Origin: Antedon mediterranea
Taxonomy: Eukaryota > Animalia > Echinodermata
DNA: 64,000 nucleotides
Reading direction: 5' to 3'
Assembly: GCF_964355755.1 (NCBI RefSeq)
Contig: NC_092677.1
Span: 25,345,175-25,409,174, forward strand
The notes under the pieces are model-generated. The model ran no database searches. It was not told where the DNA came from and saw nothing but the letters and a program-made list of their open reading frames with translations. This document shows, one piece after another, positions 55,101 to 62,670 of this stretch. The position numbers were made by a program, and so were the translations under genes. Positions within the stretch are counted from its first letter, which is position 1. Each line of letters starts with the position of its first letter.

Positions 55101-57762
55101 AGTCATTACTTTAGTAACTGTATTGTAACCTGTTTCGATTCATTAAACCAGTCTATTCATGTTTACCGTTTTTTAACAATGATTTAAAAATAACTATGTG
55201 GCACTTCATTTTATGGTCCCATAAACTATTTATTTCCTTTTATCATAATTTCCAAAGAGTTAGAAATAGAGCACAGAATATTATCCTGAAAAAAATTAGA
55301 GTTTTATTTTTAAAAGTTTTTTAAAGAAATTGGTTTCAAAAATAGACCGCCAGAGTACCGTACGCTTGGTTTTAACTTTGACGCAATAAAATGACATACT
55401 GTTCTCGGCACAATGTACTGCACCTGTACAGTTGACCAATCACAAACATTAACAAGCAACAGTTTGGGTGATCTCATCATCATGATTGGTCAAATTTCTT
55501 ACGGCACGCTTATAATATAGACTTGTGTTGAACTACTGTATATCATTAAACTGTATTTACTGACATTGTATATTAATATTTGGGCACATCACTACTATAT
55601 TTGGGCACATCACACTTTAAGCTATTTAACTAAAAAAAGTATCTGCAGTAGAACATCAGATTCTGATAGGACAAAAGAATGATGTTTTCCTTTCCCGAGT
55701 ACAGGAATGATATCACTACCATATTTAAGCATATCACTACCATATTTGGGCACATCACTACTATATTTGGGCACATCACACTTTAAGCTATTTAACCAAA
55801 AAAATTATCTGCAGTAGAACATCAGATTCTGATAGGACAAAAGAATGATGTTTTCCTTTCCCGAGTACAGAAATTATATCACTACCATATTTAAGCATAT
55901 CACTACCATATTTGGGCACATCACTACTATATTTGGGCACATCACACTTTAAGCTATTTAACCAAAAAAATTATCTGCAGTAGAACATCAGATTCTGATA
56001 GGACAAAAGAATGATGTTTTCCTTTCCCGAGTACAGAAATTATATCACTACCATATTTAAGCATATCACTACCATATTTGGGCACATCACTACTATATTT
56101 GGGCACATCACACTTTAAGCTATTTAACCAAAAAAAGTATCTGCAGTAGAACATCAGATTCTGATAGGACAAAAGAATGATGTTTTCCTTTCCCGAGTAC
56201 AGGAATGATATCACTACCATATTTAAGCATATCACTACCATATTTGGGCACATCACACGTTTTTTGATAGTGTAAACAGAGCTTAATATTATGTTAAGAA
56301 TGGACATGTACTGTAATTATATTAAGGAGAATTAACATTAGACATGAATATGTTTATATTACAACTTTAACAGCCTGTAGAAAGTCACAGTGCAAAGCAA
56401 CTACAGTATAATAATACTCGCAGTGCTCTCATCATACAATAATGTTATGTGCAGATAATATTCAATAAATCAATTTTATTGTAAACAATACAAACGAAAG
56501 CAGCTACAGTATACACTGCTGTACTGTGATGCAGCATTACCTGTACTACAGTACCAATATTTTATTTTCGCTATATTTTTTTTTTAATAATTCACAAAAA
56601 ATCTAGCAGCAGCAGCTGAATTGTGTATGTTAAAGATGTATTGCCCCTTGAAAAACAAAAAATGAAGGTCAAAATATTCTATATTTAAATTGTGGCCATA
56701 TCAAAGTAATATTAAAGTTATTCACTTTAAGTCGAAAATTCGAGCCAAAAGTTTACGTAATTAACGTAAATTAATTTGATTACATTTTGTCTGGGAAATC
56801 GTTGCAAGCAAAAGTAAACAAAGATTTCAAACCACGAGTATGCATTATGCATGATGCTAATTAGTGCATTATGCATGATGCTAATTAGGATTGTTTACAA
56901 CTCATCACGGTTCAGAAGGTGTTCTCACACAGATTGCGAGAAAGTTTTATGATTATAGCATACAGAGTAGCCAAACAAGCGCGTTGCATTATGAGATATG
57001 TTCTGATCGAAAACTTTGACTGGAAGTCAAATTTTTTTTTTTAACTAAAAAACGTCTGTATTTCAGTTAAAAATGATTTGACATGCAAAAACATGGAAAA
57101 TGCAACAAAAAAAGACAAACAAAACATGTATAGTCACTGTATGTATGCGTACTGTAATATGGCATGTGTCCAAATATGGTAGTGATATGACATCATCATG
57201 TCCATATGGGCGTAACACATTGTTATAGAAGACTTACCAAATGCCATTGACGTATATATCCCGGATCACGGAACTCTCTTTTAGTTCGCCTTCGTATCGT
57301 CTGTTGAATGTACCACATAATTTCTTCGTGTTCATCCAACGCTTTTTCAACATCTGCACGTATAACCTCTGTCTGCTCCGTATCGAGAGAGCGGTTTAAT
57401 GACTGGTTGTAGTTCTCGTGCACAAACAAATAATGTTCAGAAAGTTCACCCACTTGTCCGTAATTAAGTAGTCCAGTATCTAAGGAAATCAGCTCAGCTT
57501 TTTCGTCCATATTAGTTCTATTTTGTTCTTTTCTATGCGTATTTAGTTTGATTTTTACAGCCCATGATAATACTTCTTGTTCTTGTATCTCCTCGAGGTC
57601 ATCTTCCGCGACCTCTAGCGTGCCCTGCTGTTCAGGGACATAATTTAAGAATACACCTTTGATATAGTTCATCTGAAGCAACCAAACGTACGCCATTATC
57701 AGCGCTTGGTTGCGAGAGGGAAGACAATACTGTAGAAAACATGATTGTAATACTTTTGTCAT
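3033..57762 (-). CDS. PCSK7: Proprotein convertase subtilisin/kexin type 7-like (PC7), 15 coding exons, ~847 aa (spliced gene span)
   Basis: Manual exon join: 57238-57762, 49201-49297, 41214-41251, 40595-40760, 35277-35367, 34691-34745, 34350-34488, 33249-33349, 32347-32514, 30633-30840, 29509-29665, 28225-28319, 19543-19630, 7333-7450, 3033-3530 = 2544 nt, in frame, all GT-AG. Motifs [42 protein letters not shown]7-like stretches: [49 protein letters not shown]. No furin/PC5 Cys-rich region. Confidence 0.92.
3722..3998. repeat. ~20-21-bp minisatellite (gggtacccctcataccccttt)
   Basis: About 13 degenerate tandem units. Confidence 0.85.
5590..6085. repeat. Degenerate local tandem triplication (~200-bp units)
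   Basis: Recurring aaagaatagggctcc / gcaagaaaag / aattcactgatt / aagtaccgtt segments. Confidence 0.65.
6905..7018 (-). mobile_element. tRNA-derived SINE head (degenerate)
   Basis: Reverse strand agtggagctgtaattcggtggttaatgtgcttgccttccaa...gggttcaatcct: A/B-box-like, with no proper acceptor stem. Confidence 0.6.
7333..7450 (-). CDS. PCSK7: PC7 coding exon 14 (juxtamembrane stalk)
   Basis: [39 protein letters not shown], resembling the PC7 stalk with LPCPP; phase 2 to 0 fits. Confidence 0.88.
7508..7668. mobile_element. MITE family A, full-length representative (TIR AGCTCTGTCTACACTATCAAACT, internal 21-bp repeat gcccaaatatggtagtgatat; PIF/Harbinger-type)
   Basis: ~23-bp TIRs, TWA flanks, ~27 copies or fragments in the window. 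Confidence 0.9.
8265..8399. mobile_element. MITE family A copy
   Basis: Both TIRs present; internal repeat contracted. Confidence 0.85.
8540..8750 (-). mobile_element. L2/CR1-clade LINE 3' fragment
   Basis: Reverse strand reads ..[23 protein letters not shown], then a (TAA)n-type tail. Confidence 0.7.
9741..9902. mobile_element. MITE family A copy
   Basis: Both TIRs; TTA/TTA flanks. Confidence 0.88.
10030..10137 (-). mobile_element. Penelope-like pLTR fragment with hammerhead-like core
   Basis: Reverse strand CTGAGGA-cgat..atc-GAAA-tGTC-gaga; same family as 28435-28623. Confidence 0.6.
10784..10920. repeat. 15-bp minisatellite (ccaaccaagctcgac)
   Basis: About 9 near-perfect units. Confidence 0.92.
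10951..11102. mobile_element. MITE family A copy
   Basis: Left TIR intact; right TIR with internal deletion. Confidence 0.85.
11450..12445. repeat. Three diverged tandem copies of a ~260-340-bp purine-rich unit
   Basis: gatttggaggaa..gaagtggagagatggtgta..gtggaaagaggga..caaataaaagatgatgatgaaac at ~11530, ~11800 and ~12105. Confidence 0.8.
12750..13140. repeat. Local tandem duplication (~190 bp x2)
   Basis: gatatcatataatgtata...taagacaatccatgtctttctcaagcatgttaacaacatgaat occurs twice. Confidence 0.8.
15423..15560. mobile_element. MITE family A copy (3' truncated)
   Basis: Left TIR plus internal repeat. Confidence 0.8.
15712..15990 (-). mobile_element. Penelope-like element pLTR fragment with hammerhead-like core
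   Basis: Reverse strand CTGATGA-a-GGGC-tagtgtt-GCCC-GAAA-gctc, then a T-rich tract and ..agatccagccactgatac end. Confidence 0.65.
16097..16130. repeat. (ATTG)n microsatellite
   Basis: About 8 units. Confidence 0.9.
18071..19148. repeat. ~1.1-kb 16-bp minisatellite (caaatgtacaaacaaa with 12/20-bp variants)
   Basis: Continuous tandem array; produces the stop-free FVCLYICL ORFs. Confidence 0.97.
19543..19630 (-). CDS. PCSK7: PC7 coding exon 13 (end of P-domain)
   Basis: (G)[28 protein letters not shown]; ttttttcag acceptor, gtaagt donor. Confidence 0.9.
21061..21292. repeat. 80-bp tandem repeat, ~2.9 copies
   Basis: aaaacctttgagcacccttgggttacaccacaatgccaag... at 21061, 21141 and 21221. Confidence 0.92.
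23355..23495. mobile_element. MITE family A copy (diverged)
   Basis: Recognisable TIRs and core. Confidence 0.75.
24800..24959. mobile_element. MITE family A copy
   Basis: Three internal 21-mers; left end partly deleted. Confidence 0.82.
25345..25748. repeat. Degenerate ~25-38-bp minisatellite (gtgcgtgtgtgcgacctatctataaaatgt), interrupted
   Basis: About 8 units in two blocks. Confidence 0.75.
26272..26425. mobile_element. MITE family A copy
   Basis: Both TIRs. Confidence 0.85.
27690..28165. repeat. Three diverged tandem units (~170-190 bp)
   Basis: agtacttcactcag..ttgtttgttag..catggtatacc..ctatcaatt.tacat.attgtt repeated three times. Confidence 0.75.
28225..28319 (-). CDS. PCSK7: PC7 coding exon 12 (P-domain)
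   Basis: [31 protein letters not shown]. Confidence 0.93.
28435..28623. mobile_element. Inverted pair of Penelope-like pLTR fragments with hammerhead-like core
   Basis: Imperfect hairpin (arms ~28447-28523 and ~28554-28623); plus strand CTGAAGA-cgat..atc-GAAAC-GTC-gagaa at 28546-28578. Confidence 0.65.
28638..29030 (+). mobile_element. L2-type LINE 3' fragment
   Basis: [35 protein letters not shown]-terminal motif; gcgctatataaat tail at ~29015. Confidence 0.72.
29335..29463. mobile_element. MITE family A copy
   Basis: Both TIRs. Confidence 0.82.
29509..29665 (-). CDS. PCSK7: PC7 coding exon 11 (P-domain, RGDL)
   Basis: [53 protein letters not shown]. Confidence 0.94.
30225..30463 (-). mobile_element. 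tRNA-derived SINE with Deu/Nin-like central domain
   Basis: Reverse strand: A box TGGCCAAGTGG, B-box-like GGTTCCAGGC, core ..aggtcc..tgcactttaaagaacc.. Confidence 0.6.
30633..30840 (-). CDS. PCSK7: PC7 coding exon 10 (end of catalytic domain, start of P-domain)
   Basis: [69 protein letters not shown]. Confidence 0.94.
31352..31498. mobile_element. MITE family A copy
   Basis: Perfect TIRs. Confidence 0.9.
31936..32170 (+). mobile_element. tRNA-derived SINE (degenerate)
   Basis: agtggagtggtgtttggtggttatgatgcttggctaccaatcc..gtttaagtcc head, similar to the 6905-7018 head; A-rich end. Confidence 0.55.
32347..32514 (-). CDS. PCSK7: PC7 coding exon 9 (catalytic Ser)
   Basis: [56 protein letters not shown]. 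Confidence 0.95.
32617..32777. mobile_element. MITE family A copy
   Basis: Both TIRs; right TIR forms part of the target of the adjacent insertion. Confidence 0.88.
32786..33122. mobile_element. Foldback Penelope-like insertion: 146-bp inverted arms, 5-nt loop, 14-bp TSD
   Basis: Arms 32788-32933 and 32939-33084 with two visible mismatches; direct repeat AGAGCTTTAGATTG at 32772-32785 and 33123-33136; TTGAGAAG-GATCTCT-gat-AGAGATC-GAAACG motif. Confidence 0.8.
33249..33349 (-). CDS. PCSK7: PC7 coding exon 8
   Basis: (G)[33 protein letters not shown]. Confidence 0.94.
33420..33760. mobile_element. Non-autonomous element with gatacaggcatcacatgtg internal repeats (second copy ~39120-39445)
   Basis: Ends gtatcaaaggcaaattctg / ttgcctatgatactg are roughly inverted; same motifs recur at 39.1-39.4 kb. 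Confidence 0.55.
34126..34285. mobile_element. MITE family A copy
   Basis: Both TIRs. Confidence 0.87.
34350..34488 (-). CDS. PCSK7: PC7 coding exon 7 (oxyanion-hole Asn)
   Basis: [47 protein letters not shown] (different frame from the supplied 34149..34475 ORF). Confidence 0.95.
34691..34745 (-). CDS. PCSK7: PC7 coding exon 6
   Basis: (S)[18 protein letters not shown]. Confidence 0.93.
34852..35272. repeat. 26-bp minisatellite (cacatgtatgcaaattatttactgat), ~16 copies
   Basis: Near-perfect tandem units abutting the exon 5 donor. Confidence 0.95.
35277..35367 (-). CDS. PCSK7: PC7 coding exon 5
   Basis: (G)[30 protein letters not shown]; cag/gtaagt boundaries. Confidence 0.93.
35598..35985. 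repeat. Two tandem MITE-A internal segments lacking TIRs
   Basis: ttctagaat..tcaagcggac + MITE core with 3-4 21-mers, repeated. Confidence 0.75.
36586..36810. mobile_element. MITE family B copy
   Basis: Inverted ttattctactgcagttactg / cagtaactgcagtagaataa ends. Confidence 0.6.
36876..37037. mobile_element. PIF/Harbinger-type MITE
   Basis: Imperfect TIR AGCCCCTTTCACACA / TGTGTGAAATGGACT; TTA/TTA flanks. Confidence 0.65.
37540..37672. mobile_element. MITE family A copy (truncated, four 21-mers)
   Basis: Left TIR plus expanded internal repeat. Confidence 0.8.
38550..38696. mobile_element. MITE family A copy
   Basis: Both TIRs. Confidence 0.82.
40070..40650. repeat. Degenerate ~140-150-bp tandem array overlapping the PC7 exon 4 3' end and donor
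   Basis: ccccataaataaatggtacaaac at ~40140, 40290, 40435 and 40572, each followed by sequence like the exonic tacgtgaattatatgccactccaacagcacagaa. Confidence 0.75.
40595..40760 (-). CDS. PCSK7: PC7 coding exon 4 (catalytic His)
   Basis: [56 protein letters not shown]. Confidence 0.95.
40794..41025 (+). mobile_element. Unclassified interspersed repeat (inverted copy at 62380-62670)
   Basis: gccgctcatctgac..tacatgcatctcaatatttatcagc..gcccagtccgagtt..ggtaactgtttcctaatgcttccgttctcttg matches the reverse complement of 62440-62670. Confidence 0.75.
41214..41251 (-). CDS. PCSK7: PC7 coding exon 3 (38 nt)
   Basis: (G)[12 protein letters not shown]; ttttgcag acceptor, gtaagt donor; restores frame. 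Confidence 0.88.
41935..42332. repeat. Three diverged tandem units (caatgttatacggcctcgtggaagaacac...)
   Basis: Units at ~41960, 42097 and 42266. Confidence 0.8.
42612..42905 (-). mobile_element. tRNA-derived CORE-like SINE with L2-type tail
   Basis: Reverse strand B box GGTTCGAATCC, core cctctctccacccaggtgtataaatgggtacc, tail gcgctatataag(aat)n. Confidence 0.8.
43660..43940 (+). mobile_element. L2-type LINE 3' fragment
   Basis: Translates ..[34 protein letters not shown]; ggcgcgttataaat..(tat)n tail. Confidence 0.72.
43985..44280. mobile_element. PIF/Harbinger-type MITE with internal duplication
   Basis: Imperfect TIR aatttacacagtcgagtggtaacggt / accgttaccgctcgtctttgtaaattggcct; TAA/TAA flanks; first ~105 bp duplicated. 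Confidence 0.65.
45562..46179. mobile_element. Kolobok-like non-autonomous DNA transposon (618 bp)
   Basis: TTAA|AGCCCCCTTCCCTAC ... GCAGGGAAGGGGTCT|TTAA; AG..CT termini with TTAA TSD. Confidence 0.72.
46251..46414. mobile_element. MITE family A copy
   Basis: Both TIRs. Confidence 0.88.
47220..47355. mobile_element. MITE family A copy
   Basis: Both TIRs; TAA/TAA flanks. Confidence 0.88.
48022..48340 (-). mobile_element. tRNA-derived CORE-like SINE (full length)
   Basis: Same family as 42612-42905; reverse-strand head agggcgtgtggcgcagtgtgttggacg..ggttcgattct. Confidence 0.82.
48783..49085 (+). mobile_element. tRNA-derived CORE-like SINE (full length)
   Basis: agggtgtgtggctctgtg..GGTTCGAATCC..gcctctctctactcaggtataaaatgag..gcgctatataaat(att)n. 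Confidence 0.82.
49201..49297 (-). CDS. PCSK7: PC7 coding exon 2 (catalytic Asp)
   Basis: [33 protein letters not shown]; AG/GT boundaries; phase 0 to 1. Confidence 0.93.
49432..49595. mobile_element. MITE family A copy (right TIR lost)
   Basis: Left TIR plus three 21-mers. Confidence 0.82.
50730..50871. mobile_element. MITE family A copy
   Basis: Both TIRs. Confidence 0.8.
52142..52320. mobile_element. PIF/Harbinger-type foldback MITE
   Basis: TIR GCTTGGTTCCCACTAG..acgcaaggacgtaacgcaacgcaag mirrored at the right end; TTA/TAA flanks; degenerate relative at ~42945-43093. Confidence 0.85.
52681..52916 (-). mobile_element. CORE-like SINE copy (internally deleted)
   Basis: ggagagaggcaaatg..gagttggattcgaacc..gatcagtaatccaacg matches the 48-kb SINE family. 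Confidence 0.7.
53004..53258. repeat. ~130-bp tandem duplication
   Basis: cttttggtataattaagctacagta..gtaagtgtcatgagcactcttatataaagtggtaca occurs twice. Confidence 0.85.
53558..53705. mobile_element. MITE family A copy
   Basis: Both TIRs; TAA/TAA flanks. Confidence 0.85.
53997..54138. mobile_element. MITE family A copy
   Basis: Left TIR intact; right TIR clipped. Confidence 0.83.
55576..56283. repeat. 166-bp tandem array (4+ units) built from MITE-A 21-mers plus a non-MITE-A segment, ending in a MITE-A TIR
   Basis: gctatttaac at 55621, 55787, 55953 and 56119 (period 166); terminal tttgatagtgtaaacagagct. Confidence 0.92.
57238..57762 (-). CDS. PCSK7: PC7 coding exon 1: signal/prodomain through RRRTKR cleavage site to QWHL
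   Basis: MTKVLQ...LSWAVKI...[12 protein letters not shown]...[23 protein letters not shown]; donor TTG|GTAAGT at 57237; upstream acceptor TTTTGTAG before 57902. The ATG choice (57762 vs a later Met) is uncertain. Confidence 0.88.
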
Positions 57763-58249
57763 CTTTGCAGATTGCGCAAAAGTTTGACAGCAGCAGGACA
57801 GCACCCTCAAAGGGCCGTTTAACCCAGCTGCAGTCAAGGACTTAAAATCCTTGTGGTTTAAAAAATCAGGCTATGATTCACATCAATACAAAGCAGGAAT
57901 ATCTACAAAAATAAAATGTAAAAACAATACATTAATCTGATTAATGAATATTATTATGAATATACAGTAGTACCATTATCTGATAGGGATGTTACAATAC
58001 AATTTTATATTCGAGTTGTAGCTAACTACATTTAACCTGTTAATTATTTTGCACACCTTTTTTATGTAATCATTATTTTATCTAATTCAGGAGTAGAAAA
58101 TGTTTAAATGATCCCTAAAAACCCATTAATTGGTTTGGGTTATTTTTAACCCCACAACAGTTTATTTAATCCAAATAATGCCTTTACACCGTGCTTAACT
58201 TTCACCTACTGTACTGTACTATACAGTTTGTCAAAAGGAAAAAAGACTT

Positions 58250-58389
58250 AATTTCTGTCTCCACTATCAAACTTTTTGTGACAAAAAATGTGATGTGCCC
58301 AAATATGGTAGTGACATGACATCATCATGTCCATAGTTGGGCATATCAAATGTTTTCGTCACATAAAGTTTGATAGTGTAGACAGAGCT
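58250..58389. mobile_element. MITE family A copy
   Basis: Right TIR perfect; left TIR diverged. Confidence 0.82.
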
Positions 58390-58687
58390 TTATAAGCTGA
58401 TTCCACTTTTGTACTATAAAACTACTTGTACTGTACAAAACCATATGTTACAAATCTTATATAATCAATGTACATACACTGTACTATCCATTCAACATAT
58501 GGTACAAAAGGTATTTAAATGTAAAGTATGAACTTTGTAAATCTGGCTTAAAAAGAGATTATTGAAATCTCAATACAGTCCAATACTAACACAATGAGTC
58601 CTTGAACTGTGTGATTTAGAATTAGATGCTTTTTCTTGTGGATTTAAAATCATTACTTTGCAAAAGTCAATAATAATGGTTGTCTAA

Positions 58688-59087
58688 AGGCCCATTCACA
58701 CTAGGACGATAACGATCGACGATAATAGACAATAATTTGCATTTTTCATACATAAAATAAAAGAAATATAAAACCTCTTCATTCTGGAACTATGGAATAA
58801 CCATCTATGCTTCCTTTGATGAAAATTATATTTTCACACGTCCAATCAAATGACGTCATGATTAGTAAGAGCAATGATATTGTGACAATACAACGATTTT
58901 ATTGTTTTTATTTATTATGACGTCATTTGATTGGAATTTTTAAAATATTATTTTTATCAAAGACAGCATAAATGATTATCCTATAGTCCTAGAACGAAAC
59001 CCTTTCTAATTTCTTTTGTTTTATGTTAAAAAAATGCATGCTTATATATTTATCGTCGATCGTTATCGTCCTAGTGTGAATGGGCCT
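58688..59087. mobile_element. PIF/Harbinger-type foldback MITE (400 bp)
   Basis: TAA|AGGCCCATTCACACTAGGACGATAACGATCGACGATAA with a perfect reverse complement at the right end, then |TAA; interior also loosely palindromic. Confidence 0.9.
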
Positions 59088-59714
59088 TAATACTAATAAT
59101 GCAGATGACCCTCAAAGAGTTTTATAAAAAACAAAAAACCATGAAATATTCTAAAATCAATAAAAGAAACATTCTGCAGCACTTTTTAAGTAGCTCCAAC
59201 ATTACATCTCGTCAGAAGAGGACACACATGAGCTCAAGTGAAAAAAGCGTCTGACGATCCTATTCTATAAAGAAAATATTATGCTTAGTCTACAGCTACA
59301 GTATGTAGGATATTTCAGAAGCCAACAAAGGCTTTATAGAAATGTTGAATTGAAGGATGAATAGACATAATCAGTTTCCTTTATGTTCTTTTCATTGTGT
59401 TGATCATGGCTGTGACACAATATGACTATTTAAACTACAGAATTGATGCTTATTGTATCATCATATGCACAGCAGTGGTAAAGTGCTGTATTCTGAATAA
59501 ACGTTATTGTGATGTACTAAGGAAAGCCAGGTATTATGTAAACTGCATACAAATAAACTTGTATTATTCGCAATCAGGATATCAACAATCACAAATACAT
59601 GTACATACATACAGGGGGAAATATAGCATTCTACTATTTTGACTTTGAAGTTTAGATACACGCAGAGAAAAAAAAATACAAGCCTATTATTTGTGAAAAT
59701 TACTCATTCTTATA

Positions 59715-59995
59715 AAAAAAACTATTTGGGAAAAAGTACAGAAAATAAAGCATTAAATACATTCATAGTACTATAGTAATATATCGCTTGACAAACAATG
59801 ACAACAATTTAAAATAACAATTTCTAAACACAATTTACAAAAAAAAGAAGTGTATGTAAAATTTTAATTACATTTTGTTAAAAAGTACAGGAAATAAAGC
59901 ATTTACATTCATAGTACTGTAGTAATATATCGCTTGACAACAATTTAAAATAACAATTTCTCAACACAACGGAAGGAATTATGTAAAATTGTAAT
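59715..59995. repeat. ~150-165-bp tandem duplication
   Basis: aaaagtacag..aaataaagcatt..cattcatagtact.tagtaatatatcgcttgacaa occurs twice. Confidence 0.8.
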
Positions 59996-60437
59996 TAAAT
60001 TTTTGTTTGTGAATTGCAATAAAGTGTCTTATCTATCTTAAAAAATTATGTAATATAATAAATATGAATTTGAACTAGTAAGTTTCTTATAAACATGTTT
60101 ACAATGTACTGTAAGAGTGAATCAACAATTGTTTAAAATTGTTTATGCTACTGTAATTGAGTACCTTTGTTATAGAATTAAATAAGATATCAAAGTACCA
60201 CTTGTTATAAAAATCATCATAAGTGTTATACAGGTAAGTGCTGTTTGACCTTATTTAAGTTTGGTATATCAAATGTACAATATTGCTACAGGCATTAAAG
60301 GGACTTACAGTAAAGTAAAGGGACAGTAATTTTTACATGTGTGTACAGTACAAGGTAGATTCCCCTCTTTTTTCCCTATTTCAAAATCCTGGATCCGCCA
60401 TTGATGTTAAGTAGAAAATCTATTAGTCATTTTTAAA

Positions 60438-60823
60438 TACAGTAACTTCTATTAAGAGGGAACCTTTGGAGGGGTGTCCCCTGAATAGGTGTGTCTTCTG
60501 AATAGGGGTGTTCTCTGAATAGGGGTGTTCTCTGAATAGGGGTGTTCTCTGAATAGGGGTGTCCTGTGAATAGGGATGTCCTCTAAATAGGGGTGTCCTC
60601 TGAGTAGGGGTATCCTGTGAATTGGGGTGTCCTCTGAATAGGAACATACCCTGAATAGAGGTGTCCCCTTTTTTTAATAGGGGTGGTGTCCTCCTAATAG
60701 GGCATCCCCTCAATATAGGGGTGGTGTCCCTTTAATAGGGGTGTCCTTTATTTAATAGGGGTAGTGTCCTCTGAATAGGAGTCTTCCCTGAAATGTCACT
60801 TAAAGAGGAGTTCTAATTGTACC
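60438..60823. repeat. ~17-bp minisatellite (ctgaataggggtgtcct) inside a probable TA-flanked Tc1/mariner-type MITE
   Basis: About 17 units; ends tacagtaacttctattaagag / cttaaagaggagttctaattgta; related fragments at ~4725-4845, ~44285-44330 and ~46190-46235. Confidence 0.75.
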
Positions 60824-61203
60824 TATAACTCTACAGGTCTTTTTTCACGAGCATGTCGGTGATATGCCGATATACTGTAGATATACTATTAACATTGGAC
60901 CATCGTGCTGGGATAGGATACCTAAAGGGATGAGAATGAGACACTAAGACTAAGAGTACAATACAGTACAGTATGTTATGTATTGATTCATATTTTACTT
61001 GACAATACTGAACATGATTTGTCATACAATTGTCATATCATAGAATACTAAACTTTAGTATTCTATGATATGACAATTGTAATTTTTAATCTATTATACA
61101 GGAAGCAGGCTCAAGCAAGATCAAGATTATTCATGGATGTATCATTATCTACTGTACACACACTAAATCTATTTTACTTACAGTCAGCACTGCGCACAAC
61201 TAA

Positions 61204-62128
61204 CGCCCGTATTCTTAAACCGGACTTTAGTCGTAGTTCGAAGTTCGACTTGGAAAAGTCGTAGTTCGAGCTATTACTTCAAATTCGATTCAAAAACGAA
61301 GTAGTCGAAGTTTGCAGTTCGACTTAATGAAGTCGAGCTTTTAGTCGAGTTGCACACGTCTGGGTAACAAAGGCTATACATTGGCCAATGACAAGAGAGT
61401 ATTGAGGAGCAGACGAAATTTTGCGCATTGATATCACTTTCCATTTCTTACAACACTTTTTACGCATCAGGACTATATACATGAAAAATAATTTTAATCG
61501 TTAATTATTAGAACAATATCAGTATTAATTTAACAGTGAAGTATATTTGATTAACAACAAATAAAATTTTAAAAATATATTTAGGAACCATGGCGGTAAG
61601 GTAACTTTTATATTTTCTAGGCCCCCAACAAAGTATGATCGCCACGAACCACGCACTTCATAGCGTGACAAGAAAGCGCTAGGCCCCCTAAACATTCCAT
61701 CGCGTGGTGAATTGCCGCATCTCCCATTGTCGCTATGGCGTGACGTAGCTCAAGTCGGACTTGGCGAAGAAAATAATGTAATTTGTATACAGTTGTAAAT
61801 AAAGATGATTTTCATTATTATAATTTATACCAATGTATATTTAATTAAGCTAATATAAATATAGATATTTCATTCTTCAATATCTGGCCAATATAACAAC
61901 TCAATGACTGTTACATTTTTTATAAACATCGTTTAAAAACCATTTAGTCGACCATTTAGTCTGCCCCCTCCAGGACTAAAAAAATCGATCAAAATCCATC
62001 TCGATTTAGTCGAGGTTGGCCTGATTTAGTCGGTGATTTAGTTGAAGTTCGGTTTATGAATTAAAATGACGTCATTTTTTTAGTTTTAGCTCGAACTACG
62101 ACTAAAGTCCGGTTTAAGAATACGGGCG
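61204..62128. mobile_element. Non-autonomous PIF/Harbinger-type transposon (925 bp, perfect 38-bp TIRs)
   Basis: TAA|CGCCCGTATTCTTAAACCGGACTTTAGTCGTAGTTCGA ... reverse complement|TAA; subterminal agtcg/gttcga repeats. Confidence 0.9.
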
Positions 62129-62379
62129 TAAGACTGAGAGAGTCAACTTTTTCTAAAAATGTAATGAATTCTATTTAAGTCATACTACTGTACGTTCCCG
62201 CAAAAATTTAAATTGTTATCTGGTGCCTTTGATACAGTTCCAGTGTTCAGATGACTAGATTAGAGGATGTTCGGGTTTTCTGGTGACAGCTGCAGTGGGG
62301 TACCCCTTTTTATCATTTATTATCCATTATTTCTAGAAAATGTAACTGTATTTTGTTTTTATTTGAGAAATAAAAAATT

Positions 62380-62670
62380 ATTGATTGATTGATTGGTGAT
62401 CCGAGTGCTTAATAAAGTTTTGTAAACACAGCCAAAGCGTTTTCCGCGCCGCTCCTTTAGGTAGTTATGTATACAAGAGAACGGAAGCATTAGGAAACAG
62501 TTACCAGTCGGTAGCTTATAGTTTACAGTACTGAGGCTGGGTATTTGGAAACTCGGACTGGGCATTTGCACACCCTAAAGCACGTCTGGGAAAAGAGAGT
62601 CTATGAAAACATTAGGGGCTGATAAATATTGAGATGCATGTAGACAGTTGTTATTGTCAGATGAGCGGCG
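62380..62670 (-). mobile_element. Unclassified interspersed repeat (copy of 40794-41025) with (ATCA)n tail
   Basis: Reverse-complement match to 40794-41025; ttgattgattgatt at its 3' end. Confidence 0.75.

Noticed and set aside
55576-56283. CRISPR-like repeat/spacer appearance
   Set aside because: The 'spacers' are near-identical, there are no cas genes, and the context is a eukaryotic intron; it is a tandem repeat.
56629-57110. Second Kolobok-like element starting TTAA|AGATGTATTGCCCC
   Set aside because: No matching right terminus found, so the boundaries cannot be supported.
3033-57762. Assignment as furin, PC1, PC2 or PC5
   Set aside because: No Cys-rich domain, the oxyanion residue is Asn (not the PC2 Asp), and PC7-like segments and a TM helix are present.
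57763-57837. N-terminal extension from the TTG start given in the ORF track
   Set aside because: Non-ATG start under a prokaryotic-style rule; the first in-frame ATG is at 57762.
60423-60713. 96-aa ORF with TP/GHP repeats
   Set aside because: 17-bp minisatellite artefact.
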